A stretch of 64,000 nt of DNA from contig PDIP01000005.1 of NCBI GenBank assembly GCA_002811645.1, forward strand, positions 197,198 to 261,197. The letters run 5' to 3'. This document shows, piece after piece, positions 1 to 11,052 of the stretch. The notes below the pieces were generated by a model. The model searched no databases and had not been told where the DNA came from. It saw nothing but the letters and a program-made list of their open reading frames with translations. Both the position numbers and the translations under genes were made by a program. Source of the DNA: Corallochytrium limacisporum Hawaii (taxonomy: Eukaryota; Protista; Pluriformea). Within the stretch, counting starts at the first letter, position 1, and every line of letters starts with the position of its first letter.

Positions 1-189
1 GGACCCAATGAATCAATGTCATGACCTGGCTGTGGCCGCAGTGTGTCATGCCATTAGGCAAATAGTACAAGTTCAAGCCTTGAATGCAGTAAAAGTGTGT
101 GACAGATGTAATATAAAACATACTCTTAGTGTGCGTTTAGTAGTGATCAGTGGGTGCTTTGTGGCACATCTTTGTAAACACTTAATAGT

Positions 190-2856
190 TTAAGCATAGA
201 TGCCGTTGGTGAAGGATTCGTAATCGTAACCCTCATCGGTCTTCTCCATCTGAGAGATACAGAAAGCAGCCATGTCGGGTCCGAGCTCACGGATCAGGTC
301 GTCCTCAGTGACATACTTCTTGTCACCAGCAACAGTCTTGAAGGACTCCAGAATCTGGTCCTTGGTGTCTGTGTCCTTCTCCTCAGAGACCATAAAGTCA
401 ATAAAGGCAGATAGAGAGATGAAGCCAGTGGCATCGGGGTCGACAATAGACATGATGCGGTCGAATTCAGGGTCACGGGGAGTGGTGGGCTCCTTGTCCA
501 AGCTGGAGGTGGACTTGGAGCTCATGGCAGTGCCAGCAAGAGCATCACTGAGCTGGTAGCCGAGAGCAAGCAGGCAGGCACGGAACTCATTGCGATCCAG
601 AGTGCCATTGTTGTTCTTGTCAAAGTGGCGGTAAGCCTGGCGGTACTCCTGGAGCTTCTCCTCGGGCACACCGGACATTTCCTTGGCAATGATTTGATTG
701 TTGACCGTGTTCAGAGTCTTGGTGTTCAGTGTCTTAATACTGTCCCAGGCGACAGACAGATCGTCCATAGTGCGGGTGGTGTACTTGTTCTCAAGGATCA
801 TGCGCTCGTCCATCTGCGCGTGCAGCTGGACCAGGGCCTGATAGTCGGCATCATGCTGAGCGATATCCTCAGACACCTGGTTCAACTTGGCAAGCTTCTC
901 GCTGGAGTCCGCAGCATCACCCTGGATAACCTCCTTGAGCTGATCCATGGTGGCCTGCATGGCCTCCGCCTTCTGGGCGAAGTCCTGGCACAAGGCATCG
1001 TTGTCGGTCTGGCGCTGCACTTCGGCCTCGATGTCCTGCTCGCGCTGGCTAAGGAGAGCGTCGATCTCAGACTTGCGGGCCTGAACTCCGGACTCGTCAA
1101 TGGCAGTGTACGGGTTGGAGCCAGTGGCACCCAGGCCAGCCAGGGCAGAGGCAATCTCGGAGAACTTGGACAAATCACCGCTGGCGGCGACCTGCTCCTT
1201 GACAGAAGCAAATTCAGCCTGCTTTTCCTTGGCAGAGTCCAGGTTGTAGGTCTTCACAGGTTCGCTAAGGTCCTCGGCGGTCGTATCAGCGTAGCTCATG
1301 AAGCTGGTCACCTGCTTGGCGAAGGACATCCACAGGTCGTCGATTTGTTCCCAGGTAGCCTTGGCTGCTGCGAGAGCAGTCTTGCGAGAGGCAACCTTGT
1401 CCTTAATAGAGGCCCATTCGTTGCTGCTGCTCTCAAACTTGGCGTTGACCTCGTCCTGGTTGTGGTAGCCACCGGCGGCCAGCTGCTCCTTGATCTGAGC
1501 CATGGCATCGATGCGGCCGTCCTGAGCCTCGACCTCGGCAGTGAAGGTGTCGTGCTGCTTGATTAGACCCAGGACTTCAAAGAGGCCAGTGCCTACGCTG
1601 CTGTTCTCAATCTGACCGTTGTTGGCCTCAACCCACTTGCCCTGAGTGTCAGCCTTGCGGTTGAAGCGAGCGGCAAGGCGTTCGAGTTCCTCCAGACGCA
1701 GCAGTTCCTTCCGCAGGTGCTCGTCGGTCGCCTTATCATCACCGGAGAGCTGGTTCCAGGCGGCATCAATGGCCTTAATACTCAGACCCTCAGCTGGGAC
1801 ATAGGCAGACCGTCCAGAAAGACGCAGGGTGGTCTGCAGAGTAGCGTAGTGGTTCTCAAGGGCAGCTTTCTGCTCAGACTTGGGGGGCTTCTCCTGGCTC
1901 TTGTACTCGCGGTAAGAGGCAATGAGTTGCTGGACCTCAGGGATCTGGGTGTAAGTGACACGGTAGGTCTCAAAGAGGGCAATCTTGGCCTTAATCCACT
2001 CAAGGAGGTCGCTTGCCATGAGATCGTACTCCTTCTTGGCGTCCTCGTGCTCCTTGGCTTGGCTCAGCATCTTGTTCAAACGACGGGCAGCTGCTTCCGC
2101 CTTGTTGGATCCGGAGAATGCGTGGTAGTACTGAGCAACATAGGTCATAACGGAGCGCTCATCGGGTTTAGCACTGCTAATCATATCCTTGGCATCCAGG
2201 AGCTTGGGGATGTCCAGTTCCTTCTCGGCAACATCGAATGCCTTGTTCAGGCACTCCTCGGCGTTTGCCTTGTTCAGTTCATTGTACTTCAGCAGATCAG
2301 GCCGGTGACGGTGAATCAGAGCGCAGAAGGCCAGACCGTCCTGGAAGGAAGTGTGGAAGTTCTGCACGTTGACATCGTCATAAGGCTCAGTCTTGCGCTG
2401 ACACCACAGCAGCAGACCCTCCTTAGCGCTAAGCTCTTCAATGGAAATATCCTGAATCTGCCAACGAAGAATGAGAATCCAGATCATACCCAAAATAAGC
2501 TTAAGGTTGTTGTCACAGATTTCCTCAGCGCTGACACCAACAAGCTTGACGCCCTTCTCTTTGATGAAGTCAAGGGAGACGTTGAGGTTCTGCAGCTTGT
2601 GAATGCGCATCTTACCTTTCTCAGGGCGGTTCAGCTTGTCGCCGCTGAGAACCTGCAGCAGCTGAATGAGCTTCAGACCATCACTGAAATCAGTCCCGAT
2701 GTTCTCAATGCTAGTGCCAGCCTTCTTCAGCTGTGCATTGACCCAGGCAGTGAAAGCCTTGATCTGCTGGTTCTCCCAGTGCTTGTCCAGAACCAACTTG
2801 ACCTCCTCTCCTCCGGCATTGGAAAGGTCACGGGCAGATTTGTTGATGTCCGTCAT
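190..2856 (-). CDS. ACTN: Alpha-actinin (CH1-CH2, four-spectrin-repeat-length rod, EF-hands)
   Basis: 888 aa; QQIKAFTAWVN, AEEICDNNLKLILGMIWILILR, SAKEGLLLWCQRKT, KPDERSVMTYVAQYYHAF actin-binding-domain motifs; EF-hand DKNNNGTLDRNE; C-terminal YDYESF. Confidence 0.97.
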   Translation of the reverse strand: MTDINKSARDLSNAGGEEVKLVLDKHWENQQIKAFTAWVNAQLKKAGTSIENIGTDFSDGLKLIQLLQVLSGDKLNRPEKGKMRIHKLQNLNVSLDFIKEKGVKLVGVSAEEICDNNLKLILGMIWILILRWQIQDISIEELSAKEGLLLWCQRKTEPYDDVNVQNFHTSFQDGLAFCALIHRHRPDLLKYNELNKANAEECLNKAFDVAEKELDIPKLLDAKDMISSAKPDERSVMTYVAQYYHAFSGSNKAEAAARRLNKMLSQAKEHEDAKKEYDLMASDLLEWIKAKIALFETYRVTYTQIPEVQQLIASYREYKSQEKPPKSEQKAALENHYATLQTTLRLSGRSAYVPAEGLSIKAIDAAWNQLSGDDKATDEHLRKELLRLEELERLAARFNRKADTQGKWVEANNGQIENSSVGTGLFEVLGLIKQHDTFTAEVEAQDGRIDAMAQIKEQLAAGGYHNQDEVNAKFESSSNEWASIKDKVASRKTALAAAKATWEQIDDLWMSFAKQVTSFMSYADTTAEDLSEPVKTYNLDSAKEKQAEFASVKEQVAASGDLSKFSEIASALAGLGATGSNPYTAIDESGVQARKSEIDALLSQREQDIEAEVQRQTDNDALCQDFAQKAEAMQATMDQLKEVIQGDAADSSEKLAKLNQVSEDIAQHDADYQALVQLHAQMDERMILENKYTTRTMDDLSVAWDSIKTLNTKTLNTVNNQIIAKEMSGVPEEKLQEYRQAYRHFDKNNNGTLDRNEFRACLLALGYQLSDALAGTAMSSKSTSSLDKEPTTPRDPEFDRIMSIVDPDATGFISLSAFIDFMVSEEKDTDTKDQILESFKTVAGDKKYVTEDDLIRELGPDMAAFCISQMEKTDEGYDYESFTNGIYA

Positions 2857-4131
2857 GGTTTAATGATATGTGTAAACTGAGTCACAGATGTGATAAACAC
2901 TTGTTTGCAAGAAAAACACAAACAAAGGATCGCACACTTCCTAAGCACCAGAACCCATATGTACAGTGATATCATGAACTCTGTAGTTTAAATACCTCAA
3001 CTGCTCTCCATGACCTTACCCTGTGTGCAAGCATGTACTTGGAACAAAGGGTAACAAATCAGAGCCTTCTCTTGCGGCCCTGAGCCCATCACACCAACCC
3101 ATGCAGAGTCACTTTAGTTGTCTGTGCGATTGTGGTTCTCCAACCCCATGCAGCTCACCGTTGGAACAAGGGTAGCGATTCGCAGCAATATGCGTGTTCT
3201 TACTCGTAAAGACTCAAAGCCAGTCGCAAGCCTTGCTCTTATCGAGCTCTAGGGGTAAGGTGTCTCAGGACGACCCCCCGAGAGACCCGCTAATGGTACA
3301 GGCATGAGAAATGTACTGAACCGCGTCGCTGAGAGAGGGTGTTTTTTCTCCCCTTTATTTGTGTTGTCCCTTTTTCTTTTCTCGCACAGTAGCGTCCCAC
3401 AGGGCCCAAAAAGAAAAACAGAACACGAAAGCGAAAAAAAAATAAAACACACAGCACAGACTAGAAGGGAGAGTCTCTTCGGGTGGTTCATCCTCCTCGC
3501 ACTTCGGGTTTCTCGTCCAATCACAGACGAGATCTCCAATTTGGTACTATCAGAGGCGTGCCTTTGGGAAAGTCTCAACCAGCATCCCCAACTGACTGGT
3601 CTGGGGCGGGGCAAAGCGGGAAAAGGGCCACTGCTGGAAGCGGCCAGCCACAGGTAACCATCCAAGACTGCGTGTGTTGCTGCGTGCGTGTGTATCTGTG
3701 GGACGAAGTGGAGCTCTTTTTCCAATGTATCTCTTAGGCCGGCCATTCTCACTGAACCAATGAGGACAGTATGGGAATTATTAAGGCTCGTTGTTGCTGT
3801 GTGCCCACACTGCGTTCTTGGTTGGACAAAAAAAAAAAAAAAAGAGGTGTGAGCGAAGAGGAGAGACTCGTCGTGCCCATGGAGGCAGGTTTTGTAGGAG
3901 CCACACATCACTCTCAGTGACGGAATCACTGCGCAGGCAAAAACTGGGGACCGGAAGCAGGAAATGTGCGGTGGGTGCCTGTTGCGTGCTGTCGTGTGGG
4001 ATATGAGCGTATTTGCCCGCCTAAACACTCGCTATATTCACTATTGAAAATAGAATCCCAGTGTCTGCCGTGTGCAAAAATAAGGTGAAGCAGCGGGAGA
4101 AAAAACCAGGACCCTCAATCGCAGGTAACTC

Positions 4132-4204
4132 ATTGGCCCCCTCAAGCCACTTTAGAATTACGAGCGTTGATTGGTTAAAATTGTGTAGAGGGGACGATGA
4201 TTGG
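4132..4204 (-). promoter_or_regulatory. Cluster of three CCAAT boxes (NF-Y-like), candidate alpha-actinin promoter
   Basis: ATTGG on + at 4132, 4170 and 4200 (CCAAT in the sense of ACTN), spaced 38 and 30 bp, between the PKC stop and the ACTN start. Confidence 0.35.
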
Positions 4205-4524
4205 TCCCTTAAGGGATATCCACTGTAAATCTGGGAGGTACACTTCGGTTGTATTCGGTTTGCAAAATAGAGGCGCGAGTGTCACTTCTCCGTCCCCATC
4301 TCGCTGCTCATCGTACATAGATGCTGCTGTGTACGCATTTCTCCACGGAATGATTAGGAAAGGATCAGGATAGGCTGGTTGATGGCATCACCACGTTCCC
4401 AATGTTCCAGAAAGCGTTTCGCACTGTCCACAACCCGTGGACAGGATGATATCGCTAGTGATGTGGAGAGTACATGCCGGATGCGCAGTTTGTCCGGAAA
4501 TATCTGGAAAGTTGAATTGCCCAT

Positions 4525-6609
4525 TCACTGCACCACGTGCCCTCCTCCATTCAGTGGACCCTCGTCCACGAAAGAGAATCCCTTGAACATCGACTGATCC
4601 ACCTTGCGCATGACCTCGGGCTTCTTGGGACTGAAAGTGATAGGTTCGCTGAGAAATTGCTTGTCGAAGTAGCTTGTGTCGGTACTGTCTTTCCGTGTGG
4701 GCACAAAAGGAGGCTCGACTCTGAGCTCCTGCATTGCCTCCCAATCAATCGACTTAAAGAATGGATGGCGTTGTACATCACGCATACCGAGACGGCCACA
4801 TCCCAAACGACGACTGACCGGGCGGGTCAGGAATCCACGCACTGCCAGCAGGCAGGCCCTGTCCAAATCGTCCGGGAAGGCAATGTCTTCATGAAGGATG
4901 GAATCGAAGAGTTCATCCTCATTGTCACCGTCGAAGGGGGGTTGTCCACAGACCATTTCGTATAGCAGGACACCCAAGGCCCACCAATCTACACTTCTAG
5001 AGTAGGGCATATCCCGAAGAATTTCAGGAGCAATGTAGTCTGGCGTGCCACAGAATGTTGTCGTGGTTTTCAGACCTATCAGGCCGTCCTTGCACATGCC
5101 CATATCCGCCAACTTGATGTGGCCCGTCTCGGAAAGCATGACGTTGTCTAGCTTGAGGTCCCGGTATATAATGCCCTTCCCATGCAACCATTCAAAGGCA
5201 AGAACAATCTCAGCGGCATAAAATCGTGCGCGATCCTCTGTAAAGACGCCGTCCTGCAGCATGTGGAACATCAGATCACCCCCACCAATGAACTCAAGCA
5301 CAAAGAACAGGCGCTCCCTTGTCTGCATCATGGCATGACAGTGCACAATGAACGGAGAACCACGGGTCTCGATTAGTGCAGTGCGCTCGTTGATGGCGAC
5401 CTCAACATCTTCCTCCAGACACAACACCTCCTTGTTCAGAACCTTGATTGCTACCGTTGCGTCCCGTTCCTTCCAATTGGCCAAGAGGACCTTACCAAAA
5501 GATCCACGGCCGACCACCTTGAAAATCTCAAAGTCCTCGAGCGCAACGCGCTTTGCGTCGGACTTGCGGTACTCGGATGGACTGATCGACGACATGTCTT
5601 GGCTCCCTGAATCGGCCGCCGTTAGTGAAGTCTCGGACAGGCGGACGTGAATCATACCAGCCTCAAAGGCCTTCTCTGCACCACAGAGCGGAGGGACCGC
5701 CTCTTGGCACCGCTTGTGGACACTGGTCTTGCAGTCCTGGCACTGTACACCCTGCTTGATCAGGCCGTATAGCAAAGACCCGCAGTGGTCGCAAAATGTT
5801 GGTTTGTGGTACGTCTTGGCCTTGAACTGATGTTCCTTTTTATAGGAGGCCTGCTGATAGTTCGATTTACGGGACTTGTTGCACTCAAAGTTGACATCCG
5901 CATGACACTTCTTGTGCACACACATCTTGCAGATCAAGCACTGGAACCCCTGTTTGCCAACTACGCCCCAGATAAAATCGTTGCAGTGGGCGCAAAACGT
6001 TGGCTGTTTGAAGTAGCGCATCATGAACTGATGGTGTTTGATATCCACAATTGCATGCCTACGTAATGCACCACGCCGACCGATGTGGTTTCGCACCTGA
6101 CTAGTGCTGCCAGGGGTACGTCGGCCCAGAGTGTTGCGCACCTCCAGACTGTGCTCGGCAATCAGCAGGACCTTACCCGGAGGTGGATCCAATTTGATCC
6201 ACTTGCCATCCTGTCCAGCTTTTACCAACTTGTCAATGTGCACACGGCCCAAGCCACAGACACCCTCACCGAGACGATTCTTAGAGAACACTAGCACCTC
6301 GATCACAGTGGCACCAAATAGCGCGAATGTGTGTGTCTCTCCCCATACCGGAGTGTCTGTGTTCTTGATCACATTTGTTTGACAGTTGCCACCATCATCA
6401 ACCTGTAGAACGGCAAAGGCATTGACTTCTTTTGCCTCCCGACCGCCTGTCAAGCGAGGTTTGGGAAGTCTCCTTGCCTCGCGGATGATCACCTTCAGTT
6501 CACCGTCGTAGACCTCAGCTGTTTTGGACGGCTGAGTTGCCTGGTCTACCGTTGGCAGCTCCGACAGAATAGAGGAATTGGATCCTCGGGTATCCTCTCC
6601 CTCTGACAT
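4525..6609 (-). CDS. Protein kinase C, novel type (epsilon/eta-like): C2, pseudosubstrate, two C1, AGC kinase
   Basis: RRGALRR pseudosubstrate; HQF..YFKQPTFCAHC and HQF..TYHKPTFCDHC C1 domains; GRGSFGKV, YRDLKLDN, TTFCGTPDYIAPE, FKGFSF hydrophobic motif. Start placed at ATG 6609; ORF is open to 6711. Confidence 0.95.
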   Translation of the reverse strand: MSEGEDTRGSNSSILSELPTVDQATQPSKTAEVYDGELKVIIREARRLPKPRLTGGREAKEVNAFAVLQVDDGGNCQTNVIKNTDTPVWGETHTFALFGATVIEVLVFSKNRLGEGVCGLGRVHIDKLVKAGQDGKWIKLDPPPGKVLLIAEHSLEVRNTLGRRTPGSTSQVRNHIGRRGALRRHAIVDIKHHQFMMRYFKQPTFCAHCNDFIWGVVGKQGFQCLICKMCVHKKCHADVNFECNKSRKSNYQQASYKKEHQFKAKTYHKPTFCDHCGSLLYGLIKQGVQCQDCKTSVHKRCQEAVPPLCGAEKAFEAGMIHVRLSETSLTAADSGSQDMSSISPSEYRKSDAKRVALEDFEIFKVVGRGSFGKVLLANWKERDATVAIKVLNKEVLCLEEDVEVAINERTALIETRGSPFIVHCHAMMQTRERLFFVLEFIGGGDLMFHMLQDGVFTEDRARFYAAEIVLAFEWLHGKGIIYRDLKLDNVMLSETGHIKLADMGMCKDGLIGLKTTTTFCGTPDYIAPEILRDMPYSRSVDWWALGVLLYEMVCGQPPFDGDNEDELFDSILHEDIAFPDDLDRACLLAVRGFLTRPVSRRLGCGRLGMRDVQRHPFFKSIDWEAMQELRVEPPFVPTRKDSTDTSYFDKQFLSEPITFSPKKPEVMRKVDQSMFKGFSFVDEGPLNGGGHVVQ

Positions 6610-8418
6610 GACTGTTTCGTGTATGTGCGGATCGGGAACAATGAAACCTGACCCGGTTGAACAACCACAGACTTGGTGTACGAGGGTGTTCTGATCTTGT
6701 ACGCGTTTCATCGATATTGAAGAACCTGACTAAGAAATCGTCAATGGAATGGCTGAAGAGCGAGAAAGCCAGCGCTTGCAGTCCACCCATCTGGTCGCGC
6801 TCGCTTAGACAACGTCTAGGACTGGCTGATGGCGGAGAGTCTTCGAATCTCAGCCGATTTGATCTTAGAGCAGCATTACATCTGAAAACTCTCCGATTTG
6901 TCGTCCACATCGTTAGCCATGACAAAGGGACCGCACAGCCGTGTTTTCATCCGAGAAGTGTCCACTTGTGGAACAAATCCATGATGCACAAAAGAATGTA
7001 GCGACTGTAATTTGTATAATAGAACGGCTCGCAATTTACAACCGCACACCGCAGGCTATAACACATATCACCTTTACCAACTGACATTACCAAGGTCCCT
7101 CCTAGCAATGTAAAAGACGATTTCTTGATGATGGCAGATGTGTGCAAACTCGTCATCGACAGTCCACGCTCATCTATCGTGTTACAAACTTGCAGGTCCC
7201 AAACATTGTTTAGAAAGCATGCTGCAGCCCCATCTTGCCCTCCCCTCCTCCCCCCCCTTCAATTTCCGCCGGAATTCGCGTTCGCCGTCGTACCCTCGGC
7301 AGAAAAGTTCGAGGATGGCAATACCCAGAACAGAAAGTCCAGCAAGTGATACCTGAATTTTCGACAGTCTGTCACTGGGGGACGGTTCCTTTGATCCATC
7401 CGAGCCCAGGTGCAAAGTCATTACTTTTTTCTGAAGTGTCCCCCCCCCCTTTCGGATCCCACCCCCTTTTGCTTCTTTCAAATGTTTCTTGTGGTAGGCT
7501 GACCTGCGGGTTCCCTCAGCTTTGTCTACGCGGCCGTGCAGCTTTGAGCGAATACCCGAGAGAAAGAAATCGCCTGAATTTCCTTCTATAATTGTCCTTG
7601 CTGTGTACAATCTTCCGGGACCTACGCAGTTGGCGAAAGTAATTGCTAACAAATGGAGGACTGCGAGAGAGAGAGAGAGTGGAATGTTGCAATGGCTGTG
7701 TATTCCCGATGAGATCCTTTAGATCTGCGTGGGGATTCTACAGGCAGCAACAGTATTTTTTCTTTTTTCCCCCTCCATTCAGGGAAGGCTACGACCGCGC
7801 CTGCCGTCTCTGGGGCTTCGCTGCCTACTTTGGAAAGTGATTTTGTTTGCGACCTACGGTAAAGTACTATCGCATCCCACCCACTACTACCGAGCAGCTT
7901 ATTTGGTTGGCTTTTGTGAGTACGGTCGGAAATGTGGTAGCGTGGTCGCGATTGTTAAGCTCCCAATACGCCCCCCCTCTCCTTACGCCCTGGCTTAGGG
8001 GTTTGGAGTGGGACCCACTTGGTGGACTGTGTGGACGTCTCGGACGAAACGGAGGAGGCAGCAGAAAAGGGAATGGTTGTTTCGCACTTTACCCACGGAA
8101 GGCCGCTGAGGTGACCCCCTCCGTGTCCGTCTACGGTAATCGAAGTCAAAGGAAAGAAAACCAAAAAAGGGTTCCATTCCTGAACACCACGGCAGAAAAG
8201 CGAAGAAAAATCTTCTTAGGTGAGCAAGTGCGACGGCAGAGCCAGTGGGCTAGGAAAGGCCAAAAAAAAAAGTGGTGACTTCGAAATCTCACGAAAAGTA
8301 GACTTCGAAAATACTCTCGCTTTTTGGAGTAAGGTTGACAAAAGGACGTACGCACACACTGATTGGGGAGGATGCTAATCATCTAGCGGTCTATGAGGGG
8401 AGTTTGTGATCGGGTCGT

Positions 8419-11052
8419 TTAGGCAATACCAAAGCCCGTGGCACCCTCGGTGAGTGCCAAGTCAAAATAATGCTTCAGCGTGTTGTAGTCATCGTAGGTT
8501 GGCATATAGAGCGTGTTGAAGCACGTACGGGCGGTTGGTAGACGATTGTGCACTTCAATAGGCCGAACTGTGAGGATAGGTTTGCGCGTGCGGCCATTGT
8601 TGCGAGCCATGGTTGGCGATCCTGTTACGAACTGTAAGTAGCGACGGCGTTGAGTTGTGTTCAAGCTCTGCAGATAGAGCCAGAACCATTCAATACTGCG
8701 CTCGTAGTATGTTCCACCACCGATAACAAGAGTGCAGCGTTGAATGTGACTGATTTCAACACTGTCTTCGCCACGGAAGATGTGGTCAAGGCTCTCGATG
8801 GTGTTGTCCATCCACAAGGACCGAGGAAGAACGCTCTCAAAACCAGCGGTGAATGCCTCCAGTTGGCGCTTGATGGAGGTACGCATGCGGAACATGAGCA
8901 GAAGGTCGAGGTATTCGTGCTTGGTCTTCTCCGTGACAGGTATCCGCCGACCCCCAGGTTTCAGATCAACCGTATAGCAGCACTTGTTATCACGCCAGAT
9001 TTCTTCGCTAAAGGTCAGGTCCAGATCGGACACATCATTGTCCATGACATAGGCAAACTTGTGTTCGTACAGTTCAGGGTCATCAATCTCAAGGAAACGA
9101 GGGGTCACATCAATCTGCAGCATGTAACTGAGCATGGACCAACTGAAGCGCACGCCAAACGCGGAACCAGTCTGCATAGCAATTCCATCCATTATCAGTC
9201 GCGCAAAGATTCGACCGGTCAATTCGAACATGCGAATGTCTCGAATGGTCCGCCTGGCCGTGTTGGGCACCAATGGGATGTCCATGTCCATATCTTCCTC
9301 ACCACAGCCCAACCTGCGAACTGGAATGAACAGCCCATACGCTGGATCGAAAAGTCGCTCCAGCATGATGCAGAAGTACTCACGACTGATACCACCGTAG
9401 TCCATACCCATCTCGTTCGCGAACTTGACCTTTATGGGTGAGACCCAGGTGGCCTCGCTTAATCGTAGCGCAATGTCCAAGAAGGAATCAACCCCCTGAG
9501 CTCGGTCCAAATTCAGGGTTTCTGTGTGTGTGCTCTTGCGGCGTTCGCGGGCGTGATGCTGGCGAACACGAACGCAAAACTTTTGCATACGCTTCGCGGG
9601 CGTCAGACATTGTGTAGAGTCGTTGAAGTATAGATAGTGCGCGAAGATGACAAAATTCTGGTCACTGTAGAATCGAAAAGCCTGCGCATAGCCATTCGTA
9701 ACGGTGAGGGAGCCGTCGCTGTTCAAAGACAGACTGCCGCCCTGACTAAATTGATACCGAACGCTGAGCTGTCGATCTGACAGGCGCGGTCGCGGGGGTC
9801 CCGAAGAATTGCTCGACGATGATGAAAGATTATTGTTTCCACTGAAGGCACCAGACATGAAACGCAGAACTTTGCCGACGAGAGACGTACTGCCGTACAG
9901 TTCGACGCAGTCGTCAAAGAGCTGCAGACAGAACTCTTCGCCGTACTTACTGTCTCCCTTGGCGTTGGTGAGGGTCCCATTGAAGGTCAGAGGCCAACGA
10001 GTAAACATGGTGTCAGTAGTATTCTGCAGTTGCTTGTGCGTGGCTATGATTGTGTGCAGTTCGTCAGGCTGCACGACCAAGGCCTCCAAAATGCCGTCGC
10101 CTACGCGTTGGTTGCCGTACCAGAATTCGAATGCGTACTGGCCAGCGGTGCTTAGAGGAACTCTTGCAGTCGGTCGACTGCCCTGTGATGACCAGTCTAC
10201 GGTGGTCATGGTCTCTTGGGGAATGATAGTATCTTGATCTTCACTACTATAGTCCATGAAAGTCGTCTTCATACGAATTCCTAACATCACTGCGTGCAAA
10301 TCGTCCTCGTCAGTAATCAGATTTTCCTTGCTGTCTCTCAGTACCAACCGGATCCGCGCTTCTGTCTTTTGTGCAAAAACACCAGTGTACCGTGAGCAAT
10401 TCTGATCTGTAGTACATCGCTCGCACTCAAAGAGAACGGCAGACTTTTCAATGTCCACATTGCCTGGTTCGACCGATACTACCATGGGATCTCGGAACAG
10501 AGCAATACCGTTCTGATGAGCTGTGATGACGTAGGTTCCCGCCCGTTTAAACGCTAAACTCATCATGTGCTCCGCGTACATACTACCTTTTCCTTGATGT
10601 GCGCCCATGGGCAACACGTCTGCTTCCACTGGTCCCGAAACTGTCATTTTAACCGGTTCCTGGTATAAAAACGAACTCAGCAAGTTCCGTCGGATCTGCA
10701 ACACAACTGTGTCTTCACAGGTGATTATCACATCACCCGCTTTTCCGCCTCTGGTGGCAATATTTCGACGCGCATTAGGATCTAAACTCTCCCAGTAGGT
10801 CGCCAGCAGGCCCTTTCCCCGAACACTTACTCGCTTGTACTTGACTTCCATGAAGGCGGTGGCAGCCAATTTCTGTAGATAGTTTAAGATCTCTGAACGC
10901 CAGGAGCTCTGAAAAATCGCATTGGTACAGGCAACGTAGGCTACATATATCAGTGACAAGAGAATCTTGAGCAGAATGGTCTTGACCGGCGACTGCTGCT
11001 CGAATTCCCGCCGCACACCGGGATGGCCATGCACAAATGCTGTCCGGACCAT
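8419..11052 (-). CDS. AREL1: HECT E3 ubiquitin ligase with N-terminal TM and filamin-like repeat (AREL1-like)
   Basis: Hydrophobic ILLKILLSLIYVAYVAC; filamin-like FKRAGTYVITAHQNG..VSVEPG; HECT motifs EMGMDYGGISREYF, LQFVTGS, LPTARTCFNTLYMP, GFG terminus. Confidence 0.8.
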   Translation of the reverse strand: MVRTAFVHGHPGVRREFEQQSPVKTILLKILLSLIYVAYVACTNAIFQSSWRSEILNYLQKLAATAFMEVKYKRVSVRGKGLLATYWESLDPNARRNIATRGGKAGDVIITCEDTVVLQIRRNLLSSFLYQEPVKMTVSGPVEADVLPMGAHQGKGSMYAEHMMSLAFKRAGTYVITAHQNGIALFRDPMVVSVEPGNVDIEKSAVLFECERCTTDQNCSRYTGVFAQKTEARIRLVLRDSKENLITDEDDLHAVMLGIRMKTTFMDYSSEDQDTIIPQETMTTVDWSSQGSRPTARVPLSTAGQYAFEFWYGNQRVGDGILEALVVQPDELHTIIATHKQLQNTTDTMFTRWPLTFNGTLTNAKGDSKYGEEFCLQLFDDCVELYGSTSLVGKVLRFMSGAFSGNNNLSSSSSNSSGPPRPRLSDRQLSVRYQFSQGGSLSLNSDGSLTVTNGYAQAFRFYSDQNFVIFAHYLYFNDSTQCLTPAKRMQKFCVRVRQHHARERRKSTHTETLNLDRAQGVDSFLDIALRLSEATWVSPIKVKFANEMGMDYGGISREYFCIMLERLFDPAYGLFIPVRRLGCGEEDMDMDIPLVPNTARRTIRDIRMFELTGRIFARLIMDGIAMQTGSAFGVRFSWSMLSYMLQIDVTPRFLEIDDPELYEHKFAYVMDNDVSDLDLTFSEEIWRDNKCCYTVDLKPGGRRIPVTEKTKHEYLDLLLMFRMRTSIKRQLEAFTAGFESVLPRSLWMDNTIESLDHIFRGEDSVEISHIQRCTLVIGGGTYYERSIEWFWLYLQSLNTTQRRRYLQFVTGSPTMARNNGRTRKPILTVRPIEVHNRLPTARTCFNTLYMPTYDDYNTLKHYFDLALTEGATGFGIA

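Noticed and set aside
625-2880. Long plus-strand ORFs (313 and 387 aa) antisense to alpha-actinin
   Set aside because: Shadow frames caused by the strong codon bias of a highly expressed gene; no motifs
3249-4028. 259-aa minus ORF upstream of ACTN
   Set aside because: Non-ATG start, poly-Phe from an A16 run, no domain; looks like promoter/UTR
8650-9441. Antisense ORFs inside AREL1 (likewise 31983-32672, 46205-47560, 51231-51857)
   Set aside because: Fully overlap well-supported opposite-strand CDSs
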